From the NCBI GenBank assembly GCA_013239625.1, contig MU053629.1:1577567-1641566 (forward strand): a stretch of DNA of 64,000 nucleotides. Reading direction: 5' to 3'. The stretch is from Lama guanicoe (lineage: Eukaryota). Position numbers and translations under genes: made by a program. Positions 12,773 to 27,129 of the stretch are shown piece by piece. Below the pieces are notes generated by a model. That model had not been told where the DNA came from. It searched no databases and saw only the letters and a program-made list of their open reading frames with translations. How positions within the stretch are numbered: the stretch's first letter is position 1; the number at the start of each line of letters is the position of its first letter.

Positions 12773-13650
12773 AAAAGAAACCTTTCCAACTGAACAAGAA
12801 AACATATTTTTTTTAAATGGACAAAATACTTGAGCAGGCATTTCACCAAAGATATATAAATATCAAATAAGCATATGAAAAGATACTCAACAGCATTAGT
12901 CATTAGAGAAATGCAAATTAAAACTACAATGAATACTATTACAAACCCACTAAAATGGTTAAATTTAAAGAAACAGATAATACCAAGTATTGGTGAGGAT
13001 GCAGAGCAACTAAAACTCTCATAAACTGCTCATGGGAATGTAGAATGGAAAACTGTTTGGCAGTTCATTATAAAACTAAACATATACTGTATTGACTACA
13101 TATGCAGCAATTCCACTCCATAGGTATTTGTCAAGAAAAATGAAAACACATAAAAACCTGTACATGAATGTTCATAGCAACTTTATTCGGAATAGCTTAA
13201 AACTGGAAACTGAAATGTCAATTAACTGACAAACGGATAGATAAATTATAGTATATTAATACAATGGAATATACCACTCAGTTATAAATAGGGATAAACT
13301 ACCAATACAAGCAACAGCATGAATGAATCTCAAAAGCATTACGCTAAATGAAAGAAGCCAGAGACAAAAGACTACATAACCATGCTTCCATATATATATA
13401 GTTCTACAAGAAGCAAAATTATAATGACAGAAAGCAGATCAGTGGTTCCCAGTGGCTAGGAAACAGGGGGAACAGATTAACTGCTGCAGAGGTAAGCTGG
13501 AACTTTCTGGTGATGATGAAAATGGACTATATCATGATTGTGGTGGTAGCTATATAACTATATATTTGTCAAAGTCTGTCACATTTTTCACTCAAAATAA
13601 TAAATTTTACTGTATGCTAATTATAATTCATTAAAGCTGACCAAAAACAA
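12773..13650 (+). mobile_element. Old L1M 3' end (host of the nested L1s)
   Basis: GAAATGCAAATTAAAACTACAATGA, ATGAATCTCAAAAGCATT, TGATTGTGGTGGT motifs. Confidence 0.85.
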
Positions 13651-15079
13651 ACAAATAAATTTTAAAAAAAACAATAATTTGGAGACCTCTTGCCTCCTCT
13701 TGTCTACTTAATGCCCAAAGGTTCTGGGATCTCCTCTTTTTCTTTAAAATATTTTTTCTTTTTTTTCACATCAACTCTATTTGTTCATTGCTAAAGCTTA
13801 ACCCATCACTGTGCAGGTATCTCCCAAATCCACATCTCTGGACAGAACTTCTACAGGGTATCAGTCTTGTTTCCAAATGCCTGGTGGACATCACCATGTC
13901 AATGCTTCCCACCCCCAATTCACCATGTTCAAAATTAACTTCACCATCTCGTCCAGCTTCCCTACCTTCTAATGTTCTCCTACCTCCCTTCTACATCCTT
14001 ACAAAACTAGCTCCTTCTGATACATCACTCACATACCCTGACTCAAAACCATACAGCAGTCTTTGACTCAGGCCTTTCCTTTATACTCCAGCCTCTTCTA
14101 ACATACCAGTGGCTTCAGCCTTCATAACGTGCCCTGGGAAACTGCAGAGGGCTCCCAAGGAGTCTCCCCACTCCACTGCCTTCTACCCACTCCTGCGAGA
14201 TTAATCTTCCTAAAGCTCAGTTCTAACCAATTATATCATTACCCACCTATAAAGAAGTCAATGGCTCACCATTTCCCATGAAATTGAAAATAAGACAATG
14301 TTGTAGGTTTAAGTCCAGTCAGAGGGAGCCAAGTTTGCCTTCTGATTTCATCTTCCACAACTCCCCTGAATACCAACTAATTTTAACAAACCAAACACTC
14401 ACACCTCTGTGCCTTTGTTCACGCTATTCTCTGTAGCTGACGGTCCTCACCTATCTAATTACCTGTCAAAATTCGTATTTCTCCTTCAAAGGCCTATCTC
14501 AAAGGTCACCTTCTCCATGAAGCCTTTCATGTTTTAATCACTCCATACTCACCAATAAAGATTTGATCACTTTCTCCTCTAAACTCTGATAACACTTTTG
14601 CTGCACATATTATAGCGTTTGTCATAGTCTGCCTGATTTGCTATTATTCACGTAATAATACCACTTCATCACCACTGCCCCATCTACTCTACAACCAGAC
14701 AAGCTTTTCAAGGCTAGCACTTTGTACTGCTCCTTCTTTTGTCCCTTTAAGCCGCTGGCATCCTATCTTCTTGTTGCAGGAATTCAGGAACTCTCTGCAG
14801 TAGGTAATTCTGGTCTAAGAAGTCTACAGAGAAATTAAAAAATTATATTGCGCATGGGGACTATAAGGATTACTCAGACAATAGACAGCATTCTGCCTTT
14901 TTTGTTACAAGTTGGAACTTTGCCTGAAAAGAGGTTTTTCTTAAAAGACCCCCTCAAAATCCATTAAACCAATTTTCCTACAAGAGCATTGCCAGTATGA
15001 CATTCCTCTGCTTATAAATTTACAATAATTTAACATGGGTCCCGGGCTAGGCATTCTCTACATGATCCTAGTCTCCCAA

Positions 15080-15470
15080 ACAAACTTAACCACCTATCTT
15101 TCTATGCTCTGCTTTCTGCCCTTTGAGGCTGACCTCTAGGACTACATTGTTCAACTTGCCCTAGCTTCTAGCTGGGTTGGGCCAATGAGAGGCACTATCA
15201 TGAAATCACAGGATAAGAAGAAAAGGAAATTGGGGTCCTTGTTTCCCTGGCTCCCTCCCTACCTCGGAATTTTTTCCTCTACGGCCAAAGGTCCTTGGTT
15301 TCCACTGTTTTAATTTTCATCAGGCTTCAGTGTTCCTCTTCTTGCCCCTCTGGCTGAAAAGTACCAATGGCTTCCTGATATTGCTAGGCCTTGGGAATTT
15401 CACAACTCCTTGTTGCTTTCCTTAAGCATACCCAAATCTCATAACTAGTCCATTTATTTCCTGCCAGAGC
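15080..15470. mobile_element. Old ERVL-type LTR (LTR33-like)
   Basis: GGGTTGGGCCAATGAGAGGCACT motif typical of this group. Confidence 0.5.
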
Positions 15471-17574
15471 CCTCAGTAGGCTTAGAGTTCCTCAGTCTGT
15501 TTTCCAAGACGCATAATCAACTGCTCCCTCTAACCCATCGAATCTTAACCACCACATGCTCCTCAGCAGCCCCCTGCTCTAGTCAGGCAGGCATCCCTTC
15601 CAATCCTTACCATCACTCAGTGGGATGTGTTCACTCCTACCTCTGCACCCTTACTCACGCTGCTGCCCCCTAGAAGGCCCACCTCTTGCCTGCTCTCTAC
15701 CTAACAAATTCTATACTTCCTTCACATACAAATTCAGATCCTACATTACTTACTCCTCCCCTCCAATTAAACTTGTTCTAATAACCTTAAAGTACAATTA
15801 TCTTTCCTATGTTGGAATTTCCATTTCTCTTACATAAAAGAACTTTGAAAACTGTAAAAATAAGTGTTAAGTATTGTACTGTACGACCTTTAATCATTTA
15901 CCATACATCTCCTAAAGGGAAGTAATTTGAACTATTGTAAGTTCCTTCTTTTTATGCCATCAAGAGTATACACCAACACTAGAAATACAGTATTCTTGCT
16001 GATGAAAAATAATAAATAACAATATATCACTATAGTGTTCTAGTACAAAAAGTTTATGATAACTAGCTATACACAAGTGTACTATGTTTTTAATTATTCT
16101 GTGTTCGATGTAATGATTCTAAGTAATGGCTGCTATCAACCTTGGGGCTTTTAGTACATCAAAGCACTTTTTAATAAAAAGACCCTTGAGAACAAAAGAA
16201 TAAAGCAAATTATCAATTTATCAAGTTCAACAACCTGTTATGCAAATAGATGCAATTACTCCAGAAATGCAAATAGCAATGTCAGCACATGTAGGATACC
16301 TTAATTTGTAGCTGACCAGTGGCCATGAACCAGACAACAGACTTCAACAAAAGTAGATTTTCTAGAGGCATGAAGAGGTCAGTGGTCCTCATCATATATT
16401 GTTTACAGGGAAAATCTCCTCCCCCTTCTTTAGAACCATCTATTTGCTAGCCTCTAAAGCCTAAGTCATGGCAACTATAACATTTTTGGTAAATTTATCC
16501 TCACTGAACTCCCAATGATATATCTAATTCATACTTCAAGAACTCAATTCTTACGAGGCTCTCTAAAATAAAAAATAGAGAAATAGCAAAAATGTAGGAA
16601 GTGGGTTCTATGGCTAGCTCCTCACACAATCTCCAAATAGCAATATGTGATTATGATTCTGAGGAGAGAAAAATAAAACTTAAGAGACTATCTGAAAGAC
16701 CTAATGGCATTAAAAGAAACAGGCAGCAGGCAGGGAGACACAACAGCACCAAATAATAACTGGCTTCAAAGTAACCTTTCTACCTCTTCATCCAACAAAA
16801 CAAACAAAACAAAAAAGCAAACGAACAAACCCAAAGGAATGTACTGCTAGCATATTCACTGATAAACTAAAGTCAGTCTTATTTGCACATTTGAAAAAAA
16901 TTTTCTGTAACTGTATGTTAATTTTAACAAAGGTATTCTAATTTATTACTACTAGAAACTTGAAAAGAATGTGCAAAATATATCCACAGTAGGAAAGTTT
17001 TATATATAAAGCACAGTGCAACTAAAGGACTCAGAACCCAGAAGAGAATAAGGATGTGCAAGCAACTTTAATGCAATAGGATAACACCACATAACAAAGT
17101 TACCCAGCAGGAGCTATGGATAATACTCCAAGGAATTAAGAGAAGAACAGAATGGCAAAGACACAAGAAATACCCCAAAAGTTGAGTTGAGAGATGAGGG
17201 CCTAAAATAAAAGAGCAATAATGTATTGGGTCTGTGAGGAAATGAATTTTAAGGATATTTAGAAAGTATACTCAATGAGAGTAGGCTCAATCAACATTTT
17301 CACATTGTAATTTTAATGAAGAATAAGATATTGTTTAAACCAAGAAATATTCTACTCATTACAGCCTTGTTTAGAATAACAAAAAGAAAAAAAAGGTAAA
17401 ATACAAAAAAGTGGAAACAATCTAAAGTCCAATAAGAAACTGGTTAAATAAATCATAAACATAACACTGGGATTCAAGGCAATCATTAAAATGATTAAGA
17501 AAAATCTTCAACAATCTGGAATATATTGAACCGAAATGATAACCATGATATATTAAGTTAATAACACATTAAGA

Positions 17575-18095
17575 TGTAGATCAAGTAATTCTACTCCTAG
17601 GTATACATCCAAAGAAATTGAAAGCAGGAGCTCAAACAGATACTTGTACACCAGTGTTCACAGCATTATTCACAATAGCCCAAAGGCAGAAACAACCTGT
17701 GTCTGCCAACAGATAAAAAGGGAAACAAAATGTGGTATATACATAAAATCAAGTATTACCCAGCCATAAAAAGGAATGAAATTTTGATATATGCTCCAAC
17801 ATGGACGGACCTTGAAATTACTATGTTTAGTGAAATAAGCCAGACATGGAAGGACGAATAGTGTATGAGTCCCCTTATATGAGATACCAAAGATAAGCAA
17901 TCATAGAGAAAGGAGAATAGAGGTTACCAGGGGCCGGGAGGACAGAGGAAGAAGGAATTATTATTTAATGGGTACAGAATTTTTGTTTGGGATGATGAAA
18001 AAGTCTGGTATGTAAATAGTTGGTTACACAACATTGTGAATGCATTTAATGCCACTGAATTATGCACTTTACAAATAATTTAAAACTTAAATATG
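17575..18095 (+). mobile_element. L1M 3' end
   Basis: CTCCTAGGTATA..CAGCCATAAAAAGGAATGAA..AATGCCACTGAATT. Confidence 0.85.
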
Positions 18096-18874
18096 CTATC
18101 TATCTATCTATCATTGACTATACCTACTGTGCACTGAGAATTCACTTGTAAACAAAACAACGAAGTCACACTATAAAGACCCAACTAAGGAGGAAACGGA
18201 AAGTTTTTCTCGTTCCCTCACCTTGAATCCTACCTTCCCTCCTAAAAAATCTCTCAGATTGACAGAAAGTAGCAGAATTTGAAAATAATTCCATCTCTGT
18301 GCAACTAATCAAGCTGTACATTTACTATATGTACACTTCTATGTGATATGGTGCAGAAAACTTTAGCTTCTAAGAAGCAGAGTATCTAAATTCAAGAACC
18401 AGCTTTGCTGTGGAAAACATAGAACCTACCTAGCTTTCAGGATTGTTTAGAGGATCAAACAAGAATCTATCTGAAAATGCTTTAATGCAGCATACTCATG
18501 TGAACTATGACTATTACTATAAGCATGTGAACAAACTAGGTAACCTCAGATCTCATACATAAAATAAGGGGGTCTTAATAAAATGAGCTCCAATTCCCTT
18601 CTAAGTCTGAAATTCTGGTATTAATAATGTCCTCTTAACTCAGCCTTCTATTTGCATCTAATCTATGTCTTTGGGAGGTATACCTTTTTTACGGATAACA
18701 ATTCCCAGGTGTCCATGTTTTCTATCTTCACAGGGACACAGTCAGCTCTCCACATTCTTCTCTTAGGCCCTGATTGCCTGAAAATTAAAGAAAATGTGTA
18801 TGGTCCTTCCAAACAGACTTTAAATCCCCTCTTAATCTAATTTATATTTCATGATCTCCATCTGCCCTATTGGG

Positions 18875-19125
18875 CAGTGTAGAGGAGTGGCTGTGCACAT
18901 GGACTCTGGAGCCAGGTGTCAAGGTCCAGATCCTGACACTGCTGCACCACCAAATATGCAAGGTAACCTTGACCAATTTACTTAATCTCTGTCTCAATTT
19001 CCTCATCTGTAAAATTGGGATAACAACAGTGCACCTACTGGAAAAGTTTGTTGTAAGGATTAAACAAATTACAAATTATATATAAAGGACTGAAAACAGC
19101 GCCTGGCGTGTAGTAAATGTTATAT
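18875..19125 (+). mobile_element. MIR SINE
   Basis: GACTCTGGAGCCAG..TTTCCTCATCTGTAAAA..CCTGGC core. Confidence 0.8.
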
Positions 19126-19336
19126 ATAACTAAAGTCTTTTTCTAACATTGCTTCTGTAAAAGTATAAATGTTTTCAGGCTAAGATAAAACAAACAGGGA
19201 ACATTTGCCTCTTACTTTTTTTCTCATTTAAAAAATGTCTTGCCTATCAAAAATTTCTCCATATCACTGTAGTAAAGTCACACACACTCATCATTATTAG
19301 ACATTTTTCTTTAGCCTTTGTTCAAACCCTTTAATC

Positions 19337-19595
19337 CAACATTTCCCGAAATCTGTTTCCTTTAGAAAATTTGCTCCACTAGTTCCTCAAGATGTTATGA
19401 GGGGGAAAAAACGTTCAGTGGTCAAATAAATTTAGAAAATGCTGAGCTAATGTTTAACAGGTTCCTCTACTGTAGGTCTTCTACATGTTAATATGTACTA
19501 TATTTCATTCTAAGAGAGGAAAAAGTGCACATTGGTCACCAAGTTTATTTGACCCCCCAAACCCTTTTGTCATGGAACCACATTGGGAAATACTG
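19337..19595. mobile_element. hAT/Charlie-like non-autonomous DNA transposon
   Basis: Imperfect terminal inverted repeats CAACATTTCCC..GGGAAATACTG and internal GGTCAAATAAA / TTTATTTGACC inverted pair. Confidence 0.6.
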
Positions 19596-20522
19596 CTGCT
19601 CTAGTTCTTTGACAACTATTAATATAAAATATGCTATGTTACATAAACTCAATATTTCTTAAATCTGATTCACACACAAGGCCTGTTCACAAATTCATGC
19701 TGAGAAATCCAACTAAAAAAACTAGTAACTGCTGCCCTGCACAAATTACTGCTGAAATTTCTGAATATGAACACTGACATCTAAAAAGAACAAACACCAA
19801 TGACCAATGACACATGCTAGGTCACAAGCTGTTATCTCATGATGGGCTGTTCAGCTATTTACTGGCTAAACATCCTTTAAACAAAGTTTAGTTATTTGAT
19901 ATTCCCAAGTTTTCTCTGAATTTTCAATAATAAAGACTTGCACTCTTCCCTTTTTAAAAGCATTCCACCACAGAACCTCGTCAAATCATCCCAGAACCAG
20001 CTCTGATATAAAAACAAGGCCTTAAATATACAATTTACAATGTTGAAGAACCATCCTAAAGAACATCACCTAACACATGAACAATAAAATTTTACTATTT
20101 TGTAATCCCTGATGAATTAGTAAGTCTAAGCAATGATCATCAATAGCTGCCAACAGCACAAAGAAAGGTAACAAGACCTTACGTATCTCTTTACAGAAAC
20201 ACAAATTACTCTTATGAGGTATTCCTACCAAAAGAAAAAAAATATGACAAACCTAACAATTACAGAGATGAAATCAGCAAAATGAGACTATGGGAAACTT
20301 CTCAAAAATCTGGTTTCTTTTAACGAAAACTTTTTAAAAAGAAAGAAAAAAGAGAGAAGGAAGGAGAATCTAAAGATTAAAAGTGATTTAATATACATGC
20401 CAAACAATTGTAAAGTATGTACCTTATTTGGATCCCACTTCAAGCAAAGTGTGTGTGCGTGTGTGTGACAGACAATCAGAAAAATAAGAAACTTGATTAT
20501 GTGATATTAAAAACTTGTTATA

Positions 20523-22154
20523 TGCCCAAGGCAATCTACAGATTTAATGCAATCCCTATCCAATTACCCAGGACATATTTCACAGAACTAGAACAAATCA
20601 TAATAAAATTTATATGGAACCATCAAAGACCTAGAATTGCTAAAGCATTACTGAAGAGAAAGAAAGAGGCTGGAGGAATAACTCTCCCAGACTTCAGACA
20701 ATACTATAGAGCTACAGTCATCAAGACAGCATGGTATTGGTACCAAAACAGACATATAGACCAATGGAACAGAATAGAGAGCCCAGAAATGAACCCACAA
20801 ACTTTTGGTCAACTCATCTTCGACAAAGGAGGCAAGAATATACAATGGAATAAAGACAGTCTCTTCAGCAAATGGTGTTGGGAAAACTGGACAGCAGCAT
20901 GTAAAACAATGAAGCTAGAACACACCCTTACACCATATACAAAAATCAACTCAAAATGGATTAAAGACTTAAACATAAGACAAGATACAATAAACCTCCT
21001 AGAGGAAAACATAGGCAAAACATTATCTGACATACATTTCAAAAATTTTCTCCTAGAAGAAATAAAAGCAAGAATAAACAAATGGGACCTAATGAAACTT
21101 ACAAGCTTCTGCAGAGCAAAGGAAACCAGAAATAAAACAAGAAGAAAACCTACGGAATGGGAGAAAATTTTTGCAAGTGAAACCGACAAAGGCTTGATCT
21201 CCAAAATATATAAGCAGCTCATACGACTCAATAAGAAAAAAATAAACAACCCAATCCAAAAATGGGCAGAAGACCTAAACAAGCAATTCTCCAAGGAAGA
21301 CATACAAATGATCAAAAAGCACATGAAAAAATGCTCAATATCACTAATTATCAGAGAAATGCAAATCAAAACTACAATGAGGTATCACCTCACACCAGTC
21401 AGAATGGCCGTCATTCAAAAATCCAAAAATGACAAATGCTGGAGAGGCTGTGGAGAAAGGGGAACCCTCCTACACTGCTGGTGGGAATGCAGTTTGGTGC
21501 AGCCACTATGGAAAACAGTGTGGAGATTCCTCAAAAGACTAGGAATAGACTTACCATATGACCCAGGAATCCCACTCCTGGGCTTGTATCCAGAAGGAAA
21601 TCTACTTCAGGATGACACCTGCACCCCAATGTTCATAGCAGCACTATTTACAATAGCCAAAACATGGAAACAGCCTAAATGTCCATCAACAGGTGACTGG
21701 ATAAAGAAGATGTGGTATATTTATACAATGGAATACTACTCAGCCATAAAAACCGACAACATAACGCCATTTGCAGCAACATGGATGCTCCTAGAGAATG
21801 TCATTCTAAGTGAAGTAAGCCAGAAAGAGAAAGAAAAATACCATATGAGATCGCTCATATGTGGAATCTAAAGACTCATGGACAGAGAATACAGACTTGT
21901 GGTTACCAGGGGGGTAGAGGGTGGGAAGGGATAGACTGGGATTTCAAAATTGTAGAATAGATAAACAAGATTACACTGTATAGCACAGGGAAATATACAC
22001 AAAATGTTATGATAAATCACAGAGAAAAAAATGTGACAATGAGTGTGTAAATGTCCATGAATGAGTGAAAAATTGTGCTGAACACTGGAATTTGACACAA
22101 CACTGTAAAATGATTATGAATCAATAAAAAATGTAAAAAAAAATAAATAAAAAA
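20523..22154 (+). mobile_element. Young 5'-truncated L1; open C-terminal ~450 codons of ORF2; perfect 14-bp TSD
   Basis: ORF to stop at 21871 ([35 protein letters not shown]); TSD AAAAACTTGTTATA at 20509-20522 and 22155-22168, preceded by TT (TT/AAAA endonuclease site). Confidence 0.97.
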
Positions 22155-23269
22155 AAAAACTTGTTATAAAATTTTTTGGTAAGATAATGGTATTATGCTT
22201 ATTTCATAAAAGGAGAGAGTGACTCTATCTTACTGAACTATTTGAAATTTACAAATTAAATATGTCTGGAATATGGTTCAAAAAAGTCCAAGGGTAGGGA
22301 TGGGTAGTGGTAGATAGAAATATAGAGAAAATAAGACTGTCAATAATAATTCTGGAGGCTCAATGATGGGTACACGGGAGCTCTTTACACTATTCCCTTT
22401 AATTTTATATTAATGTATGTTTAAAATACTTTGTAATAAAAAGATTTAAAAAAACACTGACTGGAAATTGAATTACCTGCTGACGACTGCAAATAGTCTC
22501 TATGTAGTCTCATAAAAGATTAATGCACAGTCAGGCATAGGTGAATTTATTATGATCAAATTATGTTTATAAAGGACTAAAAGAAACCATTTGACAAAAA
22601 TTTCACTAACAAGCAACATGCTAAACTCTTCTATATAATTAACAAGCCTGTTAACAATATCAAGCCAATTTATGGCTTTCCATGAAAAAAATACACAGTT
22701 TAAGTATGATTTATTTTTTAACTTTTATTTAAGTTACAGATAATATTGCAGCGTCATCACTGTATTTCTACTCCCATGGTACTTCTGGAATTTATCATCA
22801 TCAGACATATTGCATAAGTGCTACAGTTCACTGAGCTCCAAACAGGACTAGTTTTATCTTGTGTACAAAAACCCCTTCCTGCTTTTCTACTCTGAAATAC
22901 AGAGCCAAACCAACAGATGGCAGACTGAGAGGGAGGGGGTGGTAATACGGAGGCAGTTACAAGAGAGCACCATGGAAAAAGAAAACAACACTAAGAACTG
23001 AAAGATACAACTTAAAAATACAAAACATTCAGCAATTCTTCAGATTTTTTTGCAAAACAATGTCATCTTGTCAATGATCAATTACTTTAAACTGAAGTGA
23101 TTCTGTTAACTTGCATTTGACTTTATTCCCTTATACAGCATACCTTCAAGAGTTTTGAAAAGTTCCTCTTAATATCTCATACCATCTTGGGGAGTGATGG
23201 AAATATTAGCTACCTTGATTGTGGTGGTGGTTTCATTGGTGTATACATCTACCTAAATTCACCAAATTG

Positions 23270-24694
23270 ATGAAGAACTACAAAACATTGATTAAGAAAA
23301 TTAAAGATGACTTAAAGAAATGGAAAGATATTCCATGCTCTTGGACTGGAAGAACCAATATTGTTAAAATGGCCATACTGCCCAAGGCAATCTACAGATT
23401 TAATGAGATCCCTATCAAATTACCCATGATATATTTCACAGAACTAGAACGAATAATCCTAAAATTTATATGGAATCACAAAAGACCCAGAATTGCCAAA
23501 GCAATACTGAAGAAAAAGAATGAAGCTGGAAGAATAACCCTCCTAGACTTCAGACAATACCACAGAGCTACAGTAATCAAAACAGCATGGTACTGGCACA
23601 AAAACAGACATATGGATCAATGGAACAGAATACAGAGCCCATATATAAACCCACAGCCCTACAGTCAACTAATCTTAGACAAAGAAGGCAAGAATACACA
23701 GTGGAGAAAAGACAGTCTCTTCAGCAAGTGAAATGGAAGAAATACAAATGATCAATTGGCACATGAAAAAATGCTCAAAATCACTTATTATCAGTGATCA
23801 TGAAATGCAAATCAAAAGTACAATTAAGAATCACCTCACACCAGCCAGAATGGCCATCATTCAAAAGTCCACAAATGACAAATGCTGGAGAGGCTGTGGA
23901 GAAAAGGGAGCCCTCCTACACTGCTGGTGGTAATGTATTTTGGTGCAGCTATTATGGAAAACAGCATAGAGATTTCTTAAAAAACTAAAAATAGACTTAC
24001 CGTATGAGCCAGCAGTCCCAGTCCTGGACATATATCCAGAGGGAACTCTAATTCAAAAACATACATGCACCCCAAAGTTCATAGCAGCACTATATACAAA
24101 GCCAAGACATGGAAGCAACCTAAATGTCCATTGACAGATGACTGGATAAAGAAGTTGTAATATATTTATACAATGGAATACAACTCAGCGATAAGAAAGA
24201 ATAAAATAATGCCATTTGCAGCAACATGGATGGACCTAGAGATCATCATCCTAAGTGAAATAAGCCAGAAAGAGAAAGAAAAATACCATGATATTACTCA
24301 TACATGGAATCTTAAAAAAAAAAAGAAAAAAGAAAAAACAGGATACTAATGAACTCATCTACAAAACAGAAACAGACTTGCAGACATAGTAAACAATCTT
24401 ATGGCTACAGAGGGGAAGTGGGTAGGAAGGAATAAATTTGGGAGCTTGAGATTTGCAAATGTTAACCACTATATATAAAAATAGATAAAAAACAAATTTC
24501 TTCTTTACAGCACAGGGAACTATATTCAAAATCTTGTAGTAACCTTCAATGAAAACAAATATGAAAAGGAATACACACACACACACATATATATACACAC
24601 ACATATATATACACACACATATATATGCATGATTGGGACATTATGCTGTACACCAGAAATTGACATGTTATAATTGACTATACTTGAATTTTTT
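23270..24694 (+). mobile_element. L1 fragment with internal deletion, inside an old L1M 3' end
   Basis: ORF2 peptide [17 protein letters not shown] then jump to EEIQMI; degenerate TSD AAATTCACCAAATTG / AAATTTCATCAAATTG; (CA/TA)n in 3' UTR. Confidence 0.9.
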
Positions 24695-25914
24695 AAAATT
24701 TCATCAAATTGTACATATGAAATATGTGTAGTTTACTGTACAGGAATCATACCACAATAAAGGTGCTAAAAATATATATATCTCAGATCAATTTAAATTA
24801 CCCAAAGCAATTCAAAGTATCTTCAAAATGAACAGAGGAAACAGGGGACAACTAAACTTTTATCAGCATTACACTACTGTTACATTGCATGAGCCTTTCA
24901 GAAGCTACCAAACTTTCTTTCTTCTGACTTCAAAAAAGCAAAGTGGCCTACCCCTATGCTAATCTAAAACACAATCAAAACAGGATCAATATTGCTACAG
25001 CCTAACTGGTAGAAGGCTTTAATGAAAAAGACTGGTTTTAAAAAGATTACAACAGTGTTGCTATCAGAATTACAGTTTTAATCTAAATTATATTTCTTAA
25101 AATTTTTCAGTATCACAAACACTAAGAACACGCCAATTATAATAGGCCATTTTGCCCATTCATCATGCCAAGTGTCTTCTGCTTCCAGATTAAGCAACTT
25201 TCCAGTCACTAATTTAAGAGATCAAGCCCACAATACCATACAGTGCAGAAGCCCACCACTCACACTGTGGCAGTTTTGCAGAGGAACAGCAACTTTCTTT
25301 ACGAGTAATCTTTCATAATAGAGGGTCTAGCAACTAGGTTATTCAGGGATATGTCCTTAAGCAGTTCTCTCTCCTCTGTGGAAGTTTATCAAATGGAAAC
25401 TATCTACCCTGCCTCTCTCACAGAGGTGTTATGAAGATCAACTGAGAAAATGTTTATCAAACTCCTTTGAAAACTGAAAAGCTATATCCAAATGTAAGTC
25501 ATTATTATTTCACTACTTGTTTGCACTCTAGACTGTTTGCAGGATAAACCTGCTCTCTAATATCTTTGTGTTTCAAAGTCTACAAAGAAAAACTTATTTC
25601 AGGGCATAAAGATGCACTAATATGCACCTTTATATAGCATAGTTCAATCCTTATTCTAATTGTTGCTCTCTTCTAACATCTATTACCCTTCTTTGGCAGA
25701 ACAGAATCAGAAGCATTCTTTAAGAAGTCAAAGCAACATGTGACACCTAAAATCCTGTTTCACTGTCAACAGGAGTTGCTGAACACCTATGTAGAATGGT
25801 CCTGCCCAAACGACGTTATTTGGATGAGATTTTAGATCGGCCAAAACCATCACAACAAGGTGAGCCGTTTCCATGCTCTGCCCACTACAATTTCTACCAA
25901 CGCCTGCCTTTGTT

Positions 25915-26110
25915 TCTGAACTCTAATCCAGGCTCCACCACTTTCTAGCTAGGTGATCTTGGGCAAGTTACTTAACCTTTCCGTGCTTCAGTTTCCTATC
26001 TTCAAAATAAACAGGTTAAATTAAACATGGTTTAAATAATAAGTAGTTCAGCTAGATTTTAAAAGTTCTTATAACAGTGCCTGGTGCACAATAAATGTTC
26101 AATAAGTGCT
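25915..26110 (+). mobile_element. MIR SINE
   Basis: GTGATCTTGGGCAAGTTACTTAACCT..CAGTTTCC core. Confidence 0.7.
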
Positions 26111-26637
26111 ACCCAGTATCATTCCTTTATATGTGCATCGGTCCATACCACCTCCACTAAATTACATAAATCTCTTCATCATTCTCTTTTCAAAAGAATG
26201 AGTAATTTTGAAAAATCAGAAACTATGACCATATTACTGACAAAATTTCATTATACATCACTGGATGCTTAGCTGTATAAGAAAATTCAATTATATCTTA
26301 TATAAAAGATACTGGCCTCCACATGCTTTTAAACTTAACACATAGATAATATAATAGTCCTAGTTTTAGATTAGGTTATCCTAGATTTCTAATGCTATGA
26401 GTTAACAAAGCTGCTTATTTAAATTGTATCACGTAAAAATTCCCATTACCAAACAGTTTTATTGTATAGTGACTAACAGGAAAGGTCTTTAAAAGGGCGA
26501 AATTTAAAAGGAGTTCTACAAATGCTACTGTATTAAGTTAAGGAAAAAAAAAAAAAAACCTTGGACAATGATGTACCCCTCCCAAAAATCAAGATCAAGA
26601 GAAACCTTACCTTTTTATTAGATTCTTTACAATTTAT

Positions 26638-26742
26638 GGGGGGGGATTAAGTTTGTTTGTTGGTTTATAGAGGTACTAGGGATTAAACCCAGGACTCTGT
26701 GCATGCTAAGTACACACTCTACCACTGAGCTATACTCTCCCC
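26638..26742 (-). mobile_element. tRNA-derived lineage-specific SINE
   Basis: Reverse complement GGGGAGAGTATAGCTCAGTGGTAGAG..GGGTTTAATCCC (A/B boxes). Confidence 0.85.
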
Positions 26743-27129
26743 AACAAGAGACTTCAAACCAAGAGTTTAGAGTGAGGAAAAATACCCTGTCAGAGCAAAA
26801 GCAAATATTACTATTACATTAACATCACTAACATTATAATTAGAGGACAAAGAATGTTAAACACTGCAACAAACACAAGAGCTAAACTTCAAGCTAATTT
26901 TTTACATATTACTTAGCATATCCTTGGCACAATTATATGCTCTTAATCATGTTACAAATTCTAAAACTTAACATTTCACATTTGAGTATCCAATGCAAAA
27001 AAATTCACAGCATTGTTAACTGACTTAATAGTTCTCCTTTGGCTTAAAATCTTAAAAAGGCAGAATCACATAATTTAATTCAGAAATAATTTTATTCCAC
27101 AGACAACTTTCTAGAGTTGCATCCCTGCC

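Noticed and set aside
20417..21871. 484-aa ORF as a host gene
   Set aside because: It is a truncated L1 ORF2; the first ~35 codons are read-through from flanking DNA upstream of the TSD
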